Shown here: piece by piece, positions 23,564 through 34,730 of the stretch | Numbering within the stretch: the stretch's first letter is position 1 | Layout of the letters: each line of letters begins with the position of its first letter | Translations under genes and position numbers: made by a program | Source of the DNA: Klebsormidium nitens | Taxonomy: Eukaryota; Plantae; Klebsormidiophyceae | Direction of reading: 5' to 3' | DNA length: 36,998 nucleotides | Assembly: GCA_000708835.1 (NCBI GenBank) | Contig: DF237698.1 | Coordinates: 1 to 36,998 of the forward strand | Notes under the pieces: model-generated | Told to the model about the DNA's origin: nothing | Seen by the model: the letters and a program-made list of their open reading frames with translations, nothing else | The model's database searches: none

Positions 23564-25695
23564 AGATGCCCGAATATTGTGCCCCGCCTGGAAATGCTTC
23601 CTGGCCGGCATCATTCTGCACCTCGATTTGCGGGGCTTCTTTTCCCTTAATTGGGGGCCCATCGCCTCATTATGGGAAGCAAACTAACGCTCACTAACAA
23701 CTGTTGCATCAATCCCAACTTGCAATTTCGATCAACAGATATCACATGGCTTTGAACGGATTGCATATGATGGATATGTAGAAGGCTTCTGCTAGCCGGC
23801 CGCGTGGTGGCCCTGGAGCTCAAGCTTACAACACCATCATCCGCCTATAAAGCTAACTAAATATATAACGTACATGATCGCTCTATGTGGCTCAGGGCGT
23901 TTATAAACCGTAAGTTACCATCGTTGTAGATCATGGCATGAGAACTATGCCATGGGCCTTCGATCTATATACTCTTCATGCATAGCATATTATTGATCGT
24001 GTTCGTCGTTGTTCCGACATGGTAGCTGCCATCCTCAATTCATGCGCAGGCCCGCGCGCCACGCGCTGTATAGCTAGCTCATGCAGATCAATATAGGTAC
24101 ATGTACGCATCATCAAACTCTGCCATGCAGCTCAGTCGCCGCCGCCCGCCGGCACTCATATTTACGTATGCTTAGTAGGCGGCACCTGCGCCGGGCCGGC
24201 CGGGATGGCAATATATGCACCAGCGCCGCCAAACATGGTTGACAATGCCTATATGAATCCCAACTATAAGGAATATTCATATAGCTAGCTAACTTGAAGG
24301 ACGATATATTGCATCGACGTCGGATCAGTGTCGTTTCATGGCTGCGCAGCTGAGCATGCAATCAATAATGCTACATGCAACATGGCTAAAACTTATAGCA
24401 AACGTCGAGACCTTCGAATTATTCAAGAGCTTTGATCGTCAAGCACAACGTGCAGCACTTCTGATCTATCTTCGATCAGCGTCAGTGGAACTGACAAGCC
24501 GGGCGCGCATGCGGCCCTTGCCTGGCTGAGAAACATGCGGCCAGAGCCACTTTTCGGAACGAACGACGCGCTCGCGGACCAATGTTTCAACTCAAGTCTT
24601 CCTGACAACCGTATAACAAGGATGGATGCATGATCGAACACTTGTCAAAGTCAGTCGTCGGATCTTGGCGACTGGACTGCAAATGTCCATCTCCAGAGTC
24701 TCCTATTAGTTCTTCCAAGAAGCCCCGGAAGATGTCAATGCCTCCTACCACTGCTTCCCTTGAAGGCTCTATTTCAGGTATCATATGATCTTAGCTATCC
24801 AACTCGAGCAACTGTGTGCCGCTGCAATAGCACAGTTGGCGTTTCCGGTTTCAAACAAGGTAGAACAGCCTCAGTCCCGTGAGAGCTGCTGGGCCACTAA
24901 GATTGCCACATTCTCTCTCTACTAAGACGGGCCTTGATTGTCCAACAAAGCAGGCTCGATCAACCTAGGGAGTCGTCCATCTAAGGCGATCACCACCTCT
25001 GATGTAACCACACATTAACCTGATGCCGTGTTAAGGGGCTGCGGTCTCGCATGGATCATCGTAGCCCTGATGAACTTGATTCCGGTACTCTGCACAATAT
25101 GGGAACATTGGTATGAATCGAAACAAGAGGACATTGTTTTCGAAAGCACAAGGCATTGCCGTTATTGTGTGATGCACTTGACACACCAGACCGGTGCGAG
25201 AGCGCATTGTTATCACACAGATATCACAATCGACCTTGATTTCTTGTCCGAGACCATTCAGCAAAGCTGTATATGTAGATGATTTTCACCCTGTCGCAGT
25301 GGTGGTGCACTGACGGGAGTACTTTTCAGTCACTTGAAATTTGCAGCCTTTGCATTGGACATGAACCTTGACATTTAGTTCTTCCGTCCATGGTTTTCAG
25401 ATCACAGCAGAACCGTCGTTTAAACCTAAGAACAATCAGAAAAAGATTCTGCAAGATCCCTCCTGCCACAACGTATGAATCTTGATTCTTCAGCTTCCTC
25501 ATCGGCCTTGAATAATAACCTTGCTGAAGATATGACAGGACCGCTTTGATTGCAGAAAATGTATCGGCTCAGGGAGCTGCCCAAACAGACAAGCAACGCA
25601 ACCCCCCAGATTTTGACTGCGCACTCTAACTCCTGCAAAACTATCGCTGTTGGCTGCTCAGCGCCTTCTTGACCAATGGAGCTTCTTCCACACCT

Positions 25696-26293
25696 TCAGG
25701 CTTCAAAACTAGGAGCATACGGAGGAGCTGGCTTGAGCTCCGAACCCAGATTGTCAAGCACTGACTCCCCTGTCCCCTCCACGGTTCGTTTATCTAAGAC
25801 TTGCACAAACGCGGCTTTCAGCTTAGAGTCAGAATGAACAGAGCGCTGAAGAGGCGGTCCAGACCAAGGTAGTAGGTTCGAACTCTTCATGAGGTCCTCG
25901 CCTGGACAGTAGGTGCACACCAGACATTCTGTTGAGCAGTTGTGACAATCAGCGCCTTCTCCAAATGTACAAACAAGGTAAGCTCCGCCGAAAGGGGGAA
26001 AACTCACGGTCTAGAGTCATGGTTCCGTTGCTCGCTCCTTGGCTGCTATGCCCTCCCGGTCCTATCTTCGAATTGGAGTCAAAAAGGTGCCACAACAAGA
26101 TTATGAGCATGACTGGGATGAGGAGAATCAAGAGGAGCATAGACCTCTTTCTCTCAATATCTTTCCTGTACGCTTGCTTAAGAGCTGACTGCAGCTCTAC
26201 CAAGTCCTCCGGTTCTGGGTCAAGTAGACCCTGGTCGTCCCTCAGCCCCAGCTCAACCTCTCCATTCTCGTCCCGACTCCTGTCCCCTGCCAT
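25696..26293 (-). CDS. Hypothetical single-pass membrane protein; 2 exons, about 172 aa
   Basis: Exon 26293-26008 (acidic N-terminus, then RKDIERKR, then hydrophobic SMLLLILLIPVMLIILLWHLF). A 79-nt GT-AG intron (26007-25929) is followed by in-frame exon 25928-25696 (QCLVCTYCPGEDLMK...). No homology recognised and the 3' end may extend further. Confidence 0.55.
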
Positions 26294-26973
26294 TGACCTC
26301 CACTGGAACCTTCAGGTCCTCCTCACGCCTTGCAAGCGAACCTCCAGAATGTGTATATCTTTGATTGCAGCTGGAGAGTCGCCACTTGCATCAAAGTGCA
26401 GCTTCAGCAATGCAGGAGCGGATTGCTTGTAGCAGGAGAGAGGGGCAGATGATGAAAAGGCTGGCCGAGCCAGGGCCCCTGCACAAGCCGGGCTGATTAT
26501 CAGTATGATGTATCTAGGATTACAAGGCTTATATCCAGGTTTTACGCAGCATACGCAACCACGTCCCAATAATGTTTTGGCGTGTTTTGTTTAGAACTCG
26601 GCTACCGCTGCACTGATCTCCTTCAATTCAACTAGCTTAATTCCTACCTAGGTCGCTCGTAATCAAGAATTTGTGGATATATTTGGATGAACCAAGCCAT
26701 AAGCGATAGGCATCTCCGAAACCCCATTGAATTGAACACTTTGACCCAGTACCTGTTCTGCACTTCTCATGCAGTCCAGTTTGTGTCTTGAAACCTTCAC
26801 CTTCAAAAGTTCTTGTCAATGTAACCGAGGAAAGCTGTCGCGACAAGATAGTCGATAGTCTAATAGTAATAGGAGGAAAGGAAGCTGTTCTGAGTTCATC
26901 ATCAGGAAAAGCGCGGAGGCTTCTGCAGTGGTGCTGCAGAGTCTCCAAGGAGGGGAAGCACTTGGCGTGGATC

Positions 26974-29900
26974 ATGATCTATACGACCTTGGACACATTC
27001 TACTTGAGCGATGAGCAGCTTGCGGACTCCCCCTCTAGAAAGGACGGGATTGACGAGAAGACAGAAACAGCGCTAAGGCTGTATGGCTGTGAATTGATCC
27101 AAGAAGGATGCATCCTGTTGCGGCTGCCGCAGGCGGTGGCGGCTACCGGTCAGGTCGTCCTGCACAGGTTCTACTGCAAGAAGTCGCTTGCCAAGTTCAA
27201 TGTCAAGGTAAGTCTGTTCTTTACTTGGGGTTTGTCCAAAAACAGCAGTTGGCACGCACAACTTTTCCCTGAGGCTTTATCTCCACCTGACTGTGTCGGG
27301 TCGCTTTGCAAGGTTGTTGTACTTTCCAACTCCCATTTTACCACCTTAAAAGCATATGATCACCCTAATGACTGTTGAAACACCATTTTCTCCGGCATTC
27401 GATTGCGTCTGATCGAAAGTTACCATGCCGCTTTTACCACGTCATACTCTTGGTATGTGGTTTACTCTACCACCACGGAAGGCGATCACCACCGAGTTTC
27501 TCCCTACTTTCCTAGCTTGTCCATTCTGCTATGCCAGCAGTAATAGGTATAAGAGGATTTGTCAGGAAGTCTGTGGTTCCTCTCGACCACTGTCTTGCAT
27601 GCTTCCGACATCCAAGTTCCTTATTGTTCGGGAGATTGTTGTTAGACAGAAACTGCTGCAACATCATTGTTCGTAGCTTTGCAAAGGAAGATGTGCTATA
27701 AGTAAGGGATAGTATCTGACCCCGGGAATCTGCTTCGTGCAGCGCGTGGCGGCCAGCTGCGTTTGGTTGGCGGCCAAGCTGGAGGAGGCGCTCTCCCCCA
27801 GGAGGACCAAGGACTTCCTCAACGTCTTCCACAGGATAGAGCAGCGCAGGGAGGGGCGCCTGCCAGAGCACCTGGATTACTATAGCAAGGTAAGAACGGT
27901 CCCGATTACGACGGTTTGTCTGTCTCTGTTTTGGTTCCGCTAGAAGTGTGTCTGGGTGAGCCGCCATGCCTGTGTCCGGAAGCACTTTGTATTAGATTCG
28001 TAATTGACTTTGTACCGGTTTGCATGAACATGCGGCCGCGCTTTTGGTTGGTGTCTCGCCGAGCGGAGAGACTCCTCGATAACATGAAACCTCGAATTTG
28101 AACAGGAGTTGTGTTTCTCGTGAAAATGCTGTCAAAAGGTTCGCCATGAGGGTGCACCGGTGTGCATCGTGTTTGCAGCCTTTGGAGACAGTCGACGAAT
28201 TATTCAAGAAAGGAATTTTATTGTCTGATTTAATCTCTCTCATCACCACGCCCCTTGCTCTGCTTCTTGCACATTCTGAATGAACCAACTTCGCAGTGGC
28301 ACTTCCCCAAACCTGCTCATAGCCCCTCGCCTCACTCGTTGCAGAAGTACGACGAGGTGAAGATGGACCTGATCCGCACAGAGCGCCACATTCTGAAGGA
28401 GATGGGCTTCATCTGCCACGTGGAGCACCCCCACAAGTTCATCCTGCTCTACCTGCAGAACCTGGACGCGTCCCGAGAGCTCATGCAGGAGGCGTGGAGC
28501 CTTGCCAACGACAGGTGAGAAGTCCGTAGTCAGGCAAATAGGGTGATGGAAGTTCTTTGGTTAAAGGTTCCTGGACGTTTCTAGAAGTTGGAATTGGGAA
28601 AACGCTGCAGGACGTGAAGCATGATTGACGACATGTAAAGGATGTGTACGTATGCGTCTGTGATGTCGGGTTCTCGATCGTTTGGGGTTTCACATTCTGA
28701 TTCTGTGAATGGGTCCCGATCGCATGCAGGAGGTTTGGAGGAACCTTCTTGCACGATTCAGCAAGTGGAAGAGAGGCTCTCAGAAAGCCTTCCATTTGAG
28801 CCTTGATGGCGTTTAAATATCTGTGATTTCAGATCAGCAGCCTTCTTTCTGAGAGACGTGTTGGACCAAATCTCGTATACAGGAGACAGCAGCACTTTCT
28901 CGCCCCACTCGCACGTGTCATCCTGAAGTTGGTGTCCTCTCATCGGGACGGTCCTCTGATCTTGCCCGCTTTCAGCCACCTTTCCACTAGATGGCGCGTA
29001 ATGTTGTCGGCGTCTCCTTCCACTACGACACTCCTCCAACTTTTCTGCGACTTTTTGCATTGTTCTTCCAGCGGACGCCCCCTCCATTTCGTGCAGCCTC
29101 CGGACGACCCTGTGCGTCCGCTTCAAGTCCGAGACCGTTGCGTGCGGCGTGATCTACGCGGCCGCGCGCCGCCTGCGGGTCCCGCTCCCCGAGAACCCCC
29201 CCTGGCTCGAGGCGTTTGCCGTCAAGCAGCAGAACGTCGACAAAGTCGTGCGCGCGTTGGCGCACCTGTTCCGGCAGCCGAAGCCGCAGTACATCGAAGT
29301 CGGGAAGGAGAACCGGTCGTTTGTGCTGAGCAGCAGGGCTTGGAGTCCACCCCCGGCTATTCAGGTGCGTTGTTTTTGGCTCCGGCCATAAGCTTTGGGG
29401 AAACCCTTGGAGACCTGCTCGCAAAACGCCGAGCGTGCCATCTGAAAGGGGATGATGCACCTTAAAACCGGTCGCGTCGGCCGAAAAGTGTTTGGATAAG
29501 TGGTCGAGTCCGAAAGAAGACTCTGAAAGTCTTCGTTCGATCGAGTGTGTTAGTAGGGCCCTATCCTCAAGAGTTGAGCAGACTTTGCATTTTCTTTGGT
29601 CCCTGGAATGTGTGTCTCTCCTTAACCCAATATACCTGACGAATCTGGATGTCAACGGAACGTCGTCTTGACCAGAAAACAGAGTTTTAGAAATGGTTTG
29701 CAACTTTACGCCGCAAGACGGGCATCGCGTTTCGATAGCACCTCTTGTCTGAAGGGTCCTGTTTGCGGGTCATCTCATCAACAGGCAAAGCGTGTCTTGA
29801 TTGCTTATTCTGGTCACAACCCGTGTTTCCGCATGCCTTGTGCAGCTTGGAAGCGGATTAACAAAACTCGCAGCGTCCACGACGAAAAATGAAACGCTTT

Positions 29901-30953
29901 TGGAGGTAATTCTTAGCATCGAAGCCGCTTAGGTCGAGAGCGCAGCATTTAACAAAGAATCGTTTCTCTTTCAGGAACTGCGCGAGACCCTCAAGCCGGC
30001 GTCCGGCTCCGAAGGCTCCATGGCCGGCGCCGCCATCCTCCCCCCCCCTCCCGCCGACCCCCCGGGTCCCAGCAGCAGCTCCCGAGACGAAGCGCCCACC
30101 AGCGAGCGCCCCCCCGAAACGGTTCCGGGGGGCGACGCCACACAGGAAAAGGAGAAGCGGAGCCGAAGCCCTGAGGAGCGGTCAAAGCGCCCGGTAGAAG
30201 GCCCCGGGCGAGACCGAGATAGGAGCAGAGACAGGGAGCGGCCCGGGGATGTAGACCGGGGCCTAGCGAGGGTGAGGGAAAGCGATCGGGACAGGGACCG
30301 GTCGCGAGAAGGGGGCCGGGATAGTAGAGATTCGCGCGATCGGGGGAGTCGGGACCTGGCGGATCGGCTCGGGGAGAGGGAGAGGCGGCCGGACAAGCAC
30401 CGGCCACCTTCGGGCAGGGGTGAGACGTCGCTTTGGAGCTGATTCTTCAATGTGCTTAGGGTCGATCGGCCGCTCCTTCTGTTAAATTTTCTGGTCCTCT
30501 TGCAATCTAATTTTGTTTGCTCACTGCTTTGCCGGGGGATGGATTGTATCCGGCTGCTTCACGGCAAGGCGCTACTGCAGGTCAGGTGCAAAACTGCTCA
30601 CTCCTTTGAGAAAGGTCTCAACGAAATTCACAAGAAGGCCGTCGCAAGAGCCCACTTCAATCAATACTCCGTACAGCGGCGGGAAGGCTGCCCTTGATAG
30701 CGCAATGGAGCTCTCAGTCCTCTTCTTTTGCCTCATTTTCAAATCCGCATCGGTTTGGAAAAGTCAGCACACTGCATGGACAATTGTCTCATTTTGCCGA
30801 TCCGCGGGTTCGCAGAGTAGTGCATTTAAACCCTTCTTATACGCAAGCCTTGCTCGTCTTGCAGATCGGGACGGACGGCCCTTGTACATGCCTCGCGAGA
30901 AGGACAAGGGGCACCGGCATCATCCTTACGAGCGGCCGGGGTACAAGCGTTAA
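26974..30953 (+). CDS. CYCL1: Cyclin L1 with Arg/Asp/Ser-rich C-terminus; 6 exons, 450 aa
   Basis: Exons 26974-27207, 27743-27889, 28345-28514, 29097-29364, 29975-30419 and 30865-30953 total 1353 nt in frame. Segments MIYTTLDTFYLSDEQLADSPSRKDG, LPQAVAATGQVVLHRFYCKKS, RTERHILKEMGFICHVEHPHKF and VPLPENPPW match plant cyclin L1 as recalled. Confidence 0.96.
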
Positions 30954-31214
30954 AGGAAATTTCTTGCGCATGCATCAAATCTATGTCGTGATCGAGGCTT
31001 GGGAGGAGGGACAGGCGGGGCTGTCTCTGGTCTTTTTGCAAAGCTTGCTCTAGAGTCTGGCATTCGTGCTGGGATCGATCCCAAAATGTTGACAAAATGG
31101 ACGTCCAGAGTATGTCATGATTTGACGCAAAAGATGGAATGAGGAGCTCGGCATGATGCGGCCCCTTGTCATAACGAGCTACCATAATCTGTCACGCGTA
31201 TAGGAACACACACG

Positions 31215-32121
31215 ATGGATGTTACAGCCCTGTTGTCTGGAACAAAGAGGTCAGACAGTACCGTAACTCAATACAAAAGCATTTTGAACCGTCTGCACAC
31301 ATGGTGACAGACTCGGACGATGGTGAATTTTCTGATCTTGAATGGTTGCGGGACGTGGATGCCGTCATGGCCGCTATTGCGCATTATAAGCCGTCTTCCA
31401 AAAATTGTATCTCGTACCGATCGTCGTCTTACTCAAAGCAACCAAAGAAGGAGAGCTGCTCATCCATTACACAGAAGAGATGGACAAATGTCTAATTTAA
31501 GAGATCACGGACAACGAAAACCTGGCGCAATCCAAGACCGACCGCGAACTCAAGAACTGGATCGCCTTCGCCGATGTCGCAGATAAGATCAAAAAGCTCC
31601 AACGCTGCATCAAGAACAAGATTGTTCACAAGAAAGTCGAGGAAATTATATCTCGAGGATAGAAAGGTCATCACACACCACCTCATACTGAGCCTTTATT
31701 TTCGGATCAACCGCCTCAGGAACGATTTCGGAGACGTAAAGATCATACCTCACGGCCGCGAACAGACAGAAACAGAACAGAAGATGAACGTGCTCGTCGA
31801 GAAACCCTCCGGCTGCTACACTCTCCGACTCTCCCTCTGAGACGCTACAAAACACACCACGCTTACGGTGACCAGTCACATACTAATTTTGCCAAATCCT
31901 TGAACAAAGTCGTTTCCGACAGCCTTCGGCTCTTTCCCAGAGCGTGTCTGCTATCCAATCCTAAAAATGGTGACATACCCATGACCCCCGCATACCTGTC
32001 GCAGACTTCGTCCCAGATATTTGCAAAAGAGAACAAGCGGGTGGGATCGTGGATGCTCCGAAAGATCTTCTTGAGCGAAATCTATTGTCCAGAGATGCTC
32101 ACCACTCATACTCACCAGTAA
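31215..32121 (+). pseudogene. Disrupted tyrosine recombinase/integrase of Polinton-like virus / virophage / large DNA virus type
   Basis: Intronless relic reconstructed across about 4 frameshifts and an in-frame TAA (31498-31500): MDVTALLSGTKRSDSTVTQYKSILNRLH / EFSDLEWLRDVDAVMAAIAHYKPSS / YLVPIVVLLKATKEGELLIHYTEEMDK..*EITDNENLAQSKTDRELKNWIAFADV / HLILSLYFRINRLRNDFGDVKII / LRRYKTHHAYGDQ...PMTPAYLSQTSSQIFAKENKRVGSWMLRKIFLSEIY. The C-terminal catalytic His/Tyr segment is missing. Family call is by motif recall. Confidence 0.78.
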
Positions 32122-32949
32122 TGAAATCAACAATGCAGGTGGGTCTGGCTCCGTGCCGCAAGAAGCTAGCGAGCTGCTCCGCCCGGTCGCGCGCGCTGGC
32201 GACTGCAGCGAGCTGCGGGGCCCACTGGCTGGACTGGCGCTGGCCCACCCCGGAATATGCTATGTTTGCAGCCCGCTGCCGCACTGCCGCCCATCGCTTA
32301 GCGCTGCTTGCTCACGCGCCTTTAGCTGCACATTGCTGCAGAAGTCTGCCACCCTGGCGCATGCTCAAAAATGCAATAGCTCAGGCTGGCAAGAAGAGCG
32401 TCATGTCCCACTGCCAGCTTTTTGTATCACACCTTCTCGTCTCTCAGTTGGCTGCATCGTTCAACTTGTCTTACGTAACAATTCATGATGCTTTCATGTC
32501 ACATTGATGCCAATGGACTAAGTAGAGGTCTGCATGCACCTGTGTAAGGCCTACAGTTGCTGCATCAGCGCCAAAAAGCTCACAACATCCTCCAGCCTGA
32601 AATTGGTGACCGCACTTTGAGCCTCCACCTAGAGCGGCCCGCGCGATTGAGAGGTCGGTAGGTCTCAGAGCTCACTGGGTAGTCCAGGACGCCCTCGCGG
32701 GAGTTCGCAGTGCAGACTTGCACACTCTGTCTAGGGTAGGAGGATCCTTAGTAGAGACCGAGATCGAGGCTCGACTTGTATATTTTCGGACTGTTCAATG
32801 GCTTTGCCGACCCATTTATACCGGGCTCGTGTGTGCGTATCTATGTTATAAGGAGGCTTCAGCATGTGCATTTCTCTCATGCCCTCGTAGCTAGTACTGA
32901 TGTCCTCTGCTCTTTACAAGCAGTACCTACTTAGATTGTCAAGCAGCGC

Positions 32950-32982
32950 CGGAACGTGGGCGGAACGTGGCCGGAACGTGGG
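32950..32982 (+). repeat. 3 x 11-bp tandem repeat CGGAACGTGG(G/C)
   Basis: Read directly: cggaacgtggg cggaacgtggc cggaacgtggg, followed by the inverted core cgttccg. Confidence 0.85.
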
Positions 32983-33380
32983 CGTTCCGTGTCCCGGAAC
33001 GCCGGACGCTGAATGCGTACCGGCTGCCGTCGGTCACAATCCGTCAGTAAACTGACCGCCGATGGCACACCTTGGCATAGAATCGACGGTTCAAATGTAC
33101 TATGCTCGTGACTCGAACCTCGGTGCTCGGTTGAAACTTGATGACTCCGCCGTACTACTCTTTGCAAACCCAGCGACTCTTGACTCCCCAGGCAACGGGT
33201 AAATTACAAGTCACTGTAAGAATTTGAAGACCTGCGCCGCAAAGCGCCGGGGTCGCCGGGTCGTACTTTGACATTGGATTTGAGCAAACAGAATTGAAGC
33301 CCCGACTTCGATGTAGTCCGTAAAATTGAAATCACTGTGAAATCTGCATGCGCCGGTCTGCGGGATGCCCAAAAAGAAGG

Positions 33381-33450
33381 AAACTCTGCGGGATTCGAAC
33401 CCGCAACTTTAGGTTTTCGACACTCCACGCTACCGCTACGCTACGCTCAG
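33381..33450 (-). ncRNA. tRNA-derived pseudo-element (Pol III A/B boxes; tRNA pseudogene or SINE head)
   Basis: Minus strand reads ctgagcgTAGCGTAGCGGTAGCGtggagtgtcgaaaacctaaagttGCGGG-TTCGAAT-CCCGCagagttt. The T-arm is perfect (B box GGTTCGAATCC) and the D-arm is A-box-like, but the acceptor and anticodon stems do not pair. Confidence 0.7.
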
Positions 33451-33536
33451 ATCCCCCGGGCACAACTCTGTCCACGGAAATTCAAGCCAAAGGGGTTTTA
33501 TAGGGGCACGCCCACTGGTGCAAGAAGGACAATCTA

Positions 33537-34201
33537 CACTATTATATTAGTGTCTCCGGTCGATCTGTCAGAGTAAATACTCTCACAGGGCGTCAATCTG
33601 TGCAGGCATTGGTTAATGGTCTGACATGTGTCAGAGTGATCTGTTTGCTTGGAGTGCGGGACTCCGGTCCTTTGACCGGGCACCGACATGGTACCGAGCT
33701 ACTTCCCGGGGACCTCTCAGTTTCCCGGTGACACTGCACAATGCACAGTCACTGCCTTTTCAGTCACAGTCACAGTCACAGTCACAGTCACAGTCTAGGT
33801 ACCTCTTACAGTGTCCGGTGTCAAGACTGAAGACCCACAGTATGAGTCACAATTGGTTTCTGGCAGGTAAAAAAGCGCCACACTCAGTACGGTCACAATT
33901 AAGGTTTAATCCTGTCTCTGTCTTAGTCTCAGTCACAGTTAGAGTCTCAACCACAGTCACAGTGTCAATCATAAAACAAAGTTACAGTCACAGTCACCCG
34001 ATAACCGTATTAGGTAGCTTAAAAAGATTGACACAGAAAGATTTGGCGGTCGTCCAGCTACCGGCCGGCGATAGCAACTGCCCGGTGACCGCTGTGCAGA
34101 TGTGGTACCTACCGGCCAGCTTCATAGATTTGTTCATTTATGGTCGCGGCACGGGAGGGTGTTAACACAGAAGAATTCCCGGAGACACTAATAGAATAGT
34201 G
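33537..34201. mobile_element. 665-bp non-autonomous DNA transposon (MITE) with CACTA termini and TA flanks
   Basis: Left end CACTATTATATTAGTGTCTCCGG (33537-33559) and right end CCGGAGACACTAATAGAATAGTG (34179-34201) form a 23-bp inverted repeat with 1 mismatch. TA is present on both sides (33535-36, 34202-03). No transposase ORF is present. Confidence 0.82.
33761..33795 (+). repeat. (CAGTCA)n microsatellite inside the MITE
   Basis: About 5.8 perfect CAGTCA units, with further scattered CAGTCA/CAGTCT units to about 33997. Confidence 0.9.
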
Positions 34202-34422
34202 TACTTTGTCCTACTTGCCCCACTGGTTGCTGGAGGGCTTCTTCTGCATGGAAGTCCCTCGGAAGTCCTGCCTCCTTTCCCGGAAACCCCGCGCACTGTG
34301 CGCGTAGCATGTGCCCCGACAATATTGGGCCCGAGTTTCGCGAATTAATGCTTCCGTTCCACGTGGCGCGAGTGCCAGGCGCTATCTGTGGGTCTCTCGT
34401 CACTGGTGGAGAATGGTTCTCT

Positions 34423-34442
34423 TTGTTTGTTTGTTTGTTTGT
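34423..34442 (+). repeat. (TTTG)n microsatellite
   Basis: tttgtttgtttgtttgtttg-type run read directly. Confidence 0.8.
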
Positions 34443-34730
34443 CTGCCTCCATGCTCTGCCGTCTGCAGCTTTAATATGTTATAGGTAGCAGTCAGTACAG
34501 CAAGCTGCAAAACCTTGAGCTCCAAGGAGCTTCTTGTGGAGGACGTTGGTCTCTTCGTATATCATTTCTGTAGATTGTTGTCGCTCGAAGTGTTCCTGAT
34601 TTACTAATTGGCGTTGTCTTCTTTGCTGTCAGTGGTGTTAGGGCCATTTGTTTGAAGTTTGTCAAGGCTTAGAGCGCTGTGCTTGTGTACAAACTCCTTT
34701 CAAGATTACCATCACACAGCAGCAGGCTAA

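Noticed and set aside
24587-25282. Short ORFs 24587-24784 and 25031-25264 as further exons or a separate gene
   Set aside because: I could not build a phase-consistent GT-AG chain or recognise any motif, so the region is left unassigned.
33105-33165. Second B-box-like motif GGTTCGAGTC on the minus strand
   Set aside because: There is no paired T-stem and no convincing A box, so it may be chance.
33381-33450. Functional tRNA gene
   Set aside because: The acceptor stem (ctgagcg/agagttt) and anticodon stem do not pair. Only the D- and T-arms survive.
32932-33536. 9-bp inverted match tagattgtc / gacaatcta as ends of another element
   Set aside because: The match is too short, does not extend and has no target-site duplication.
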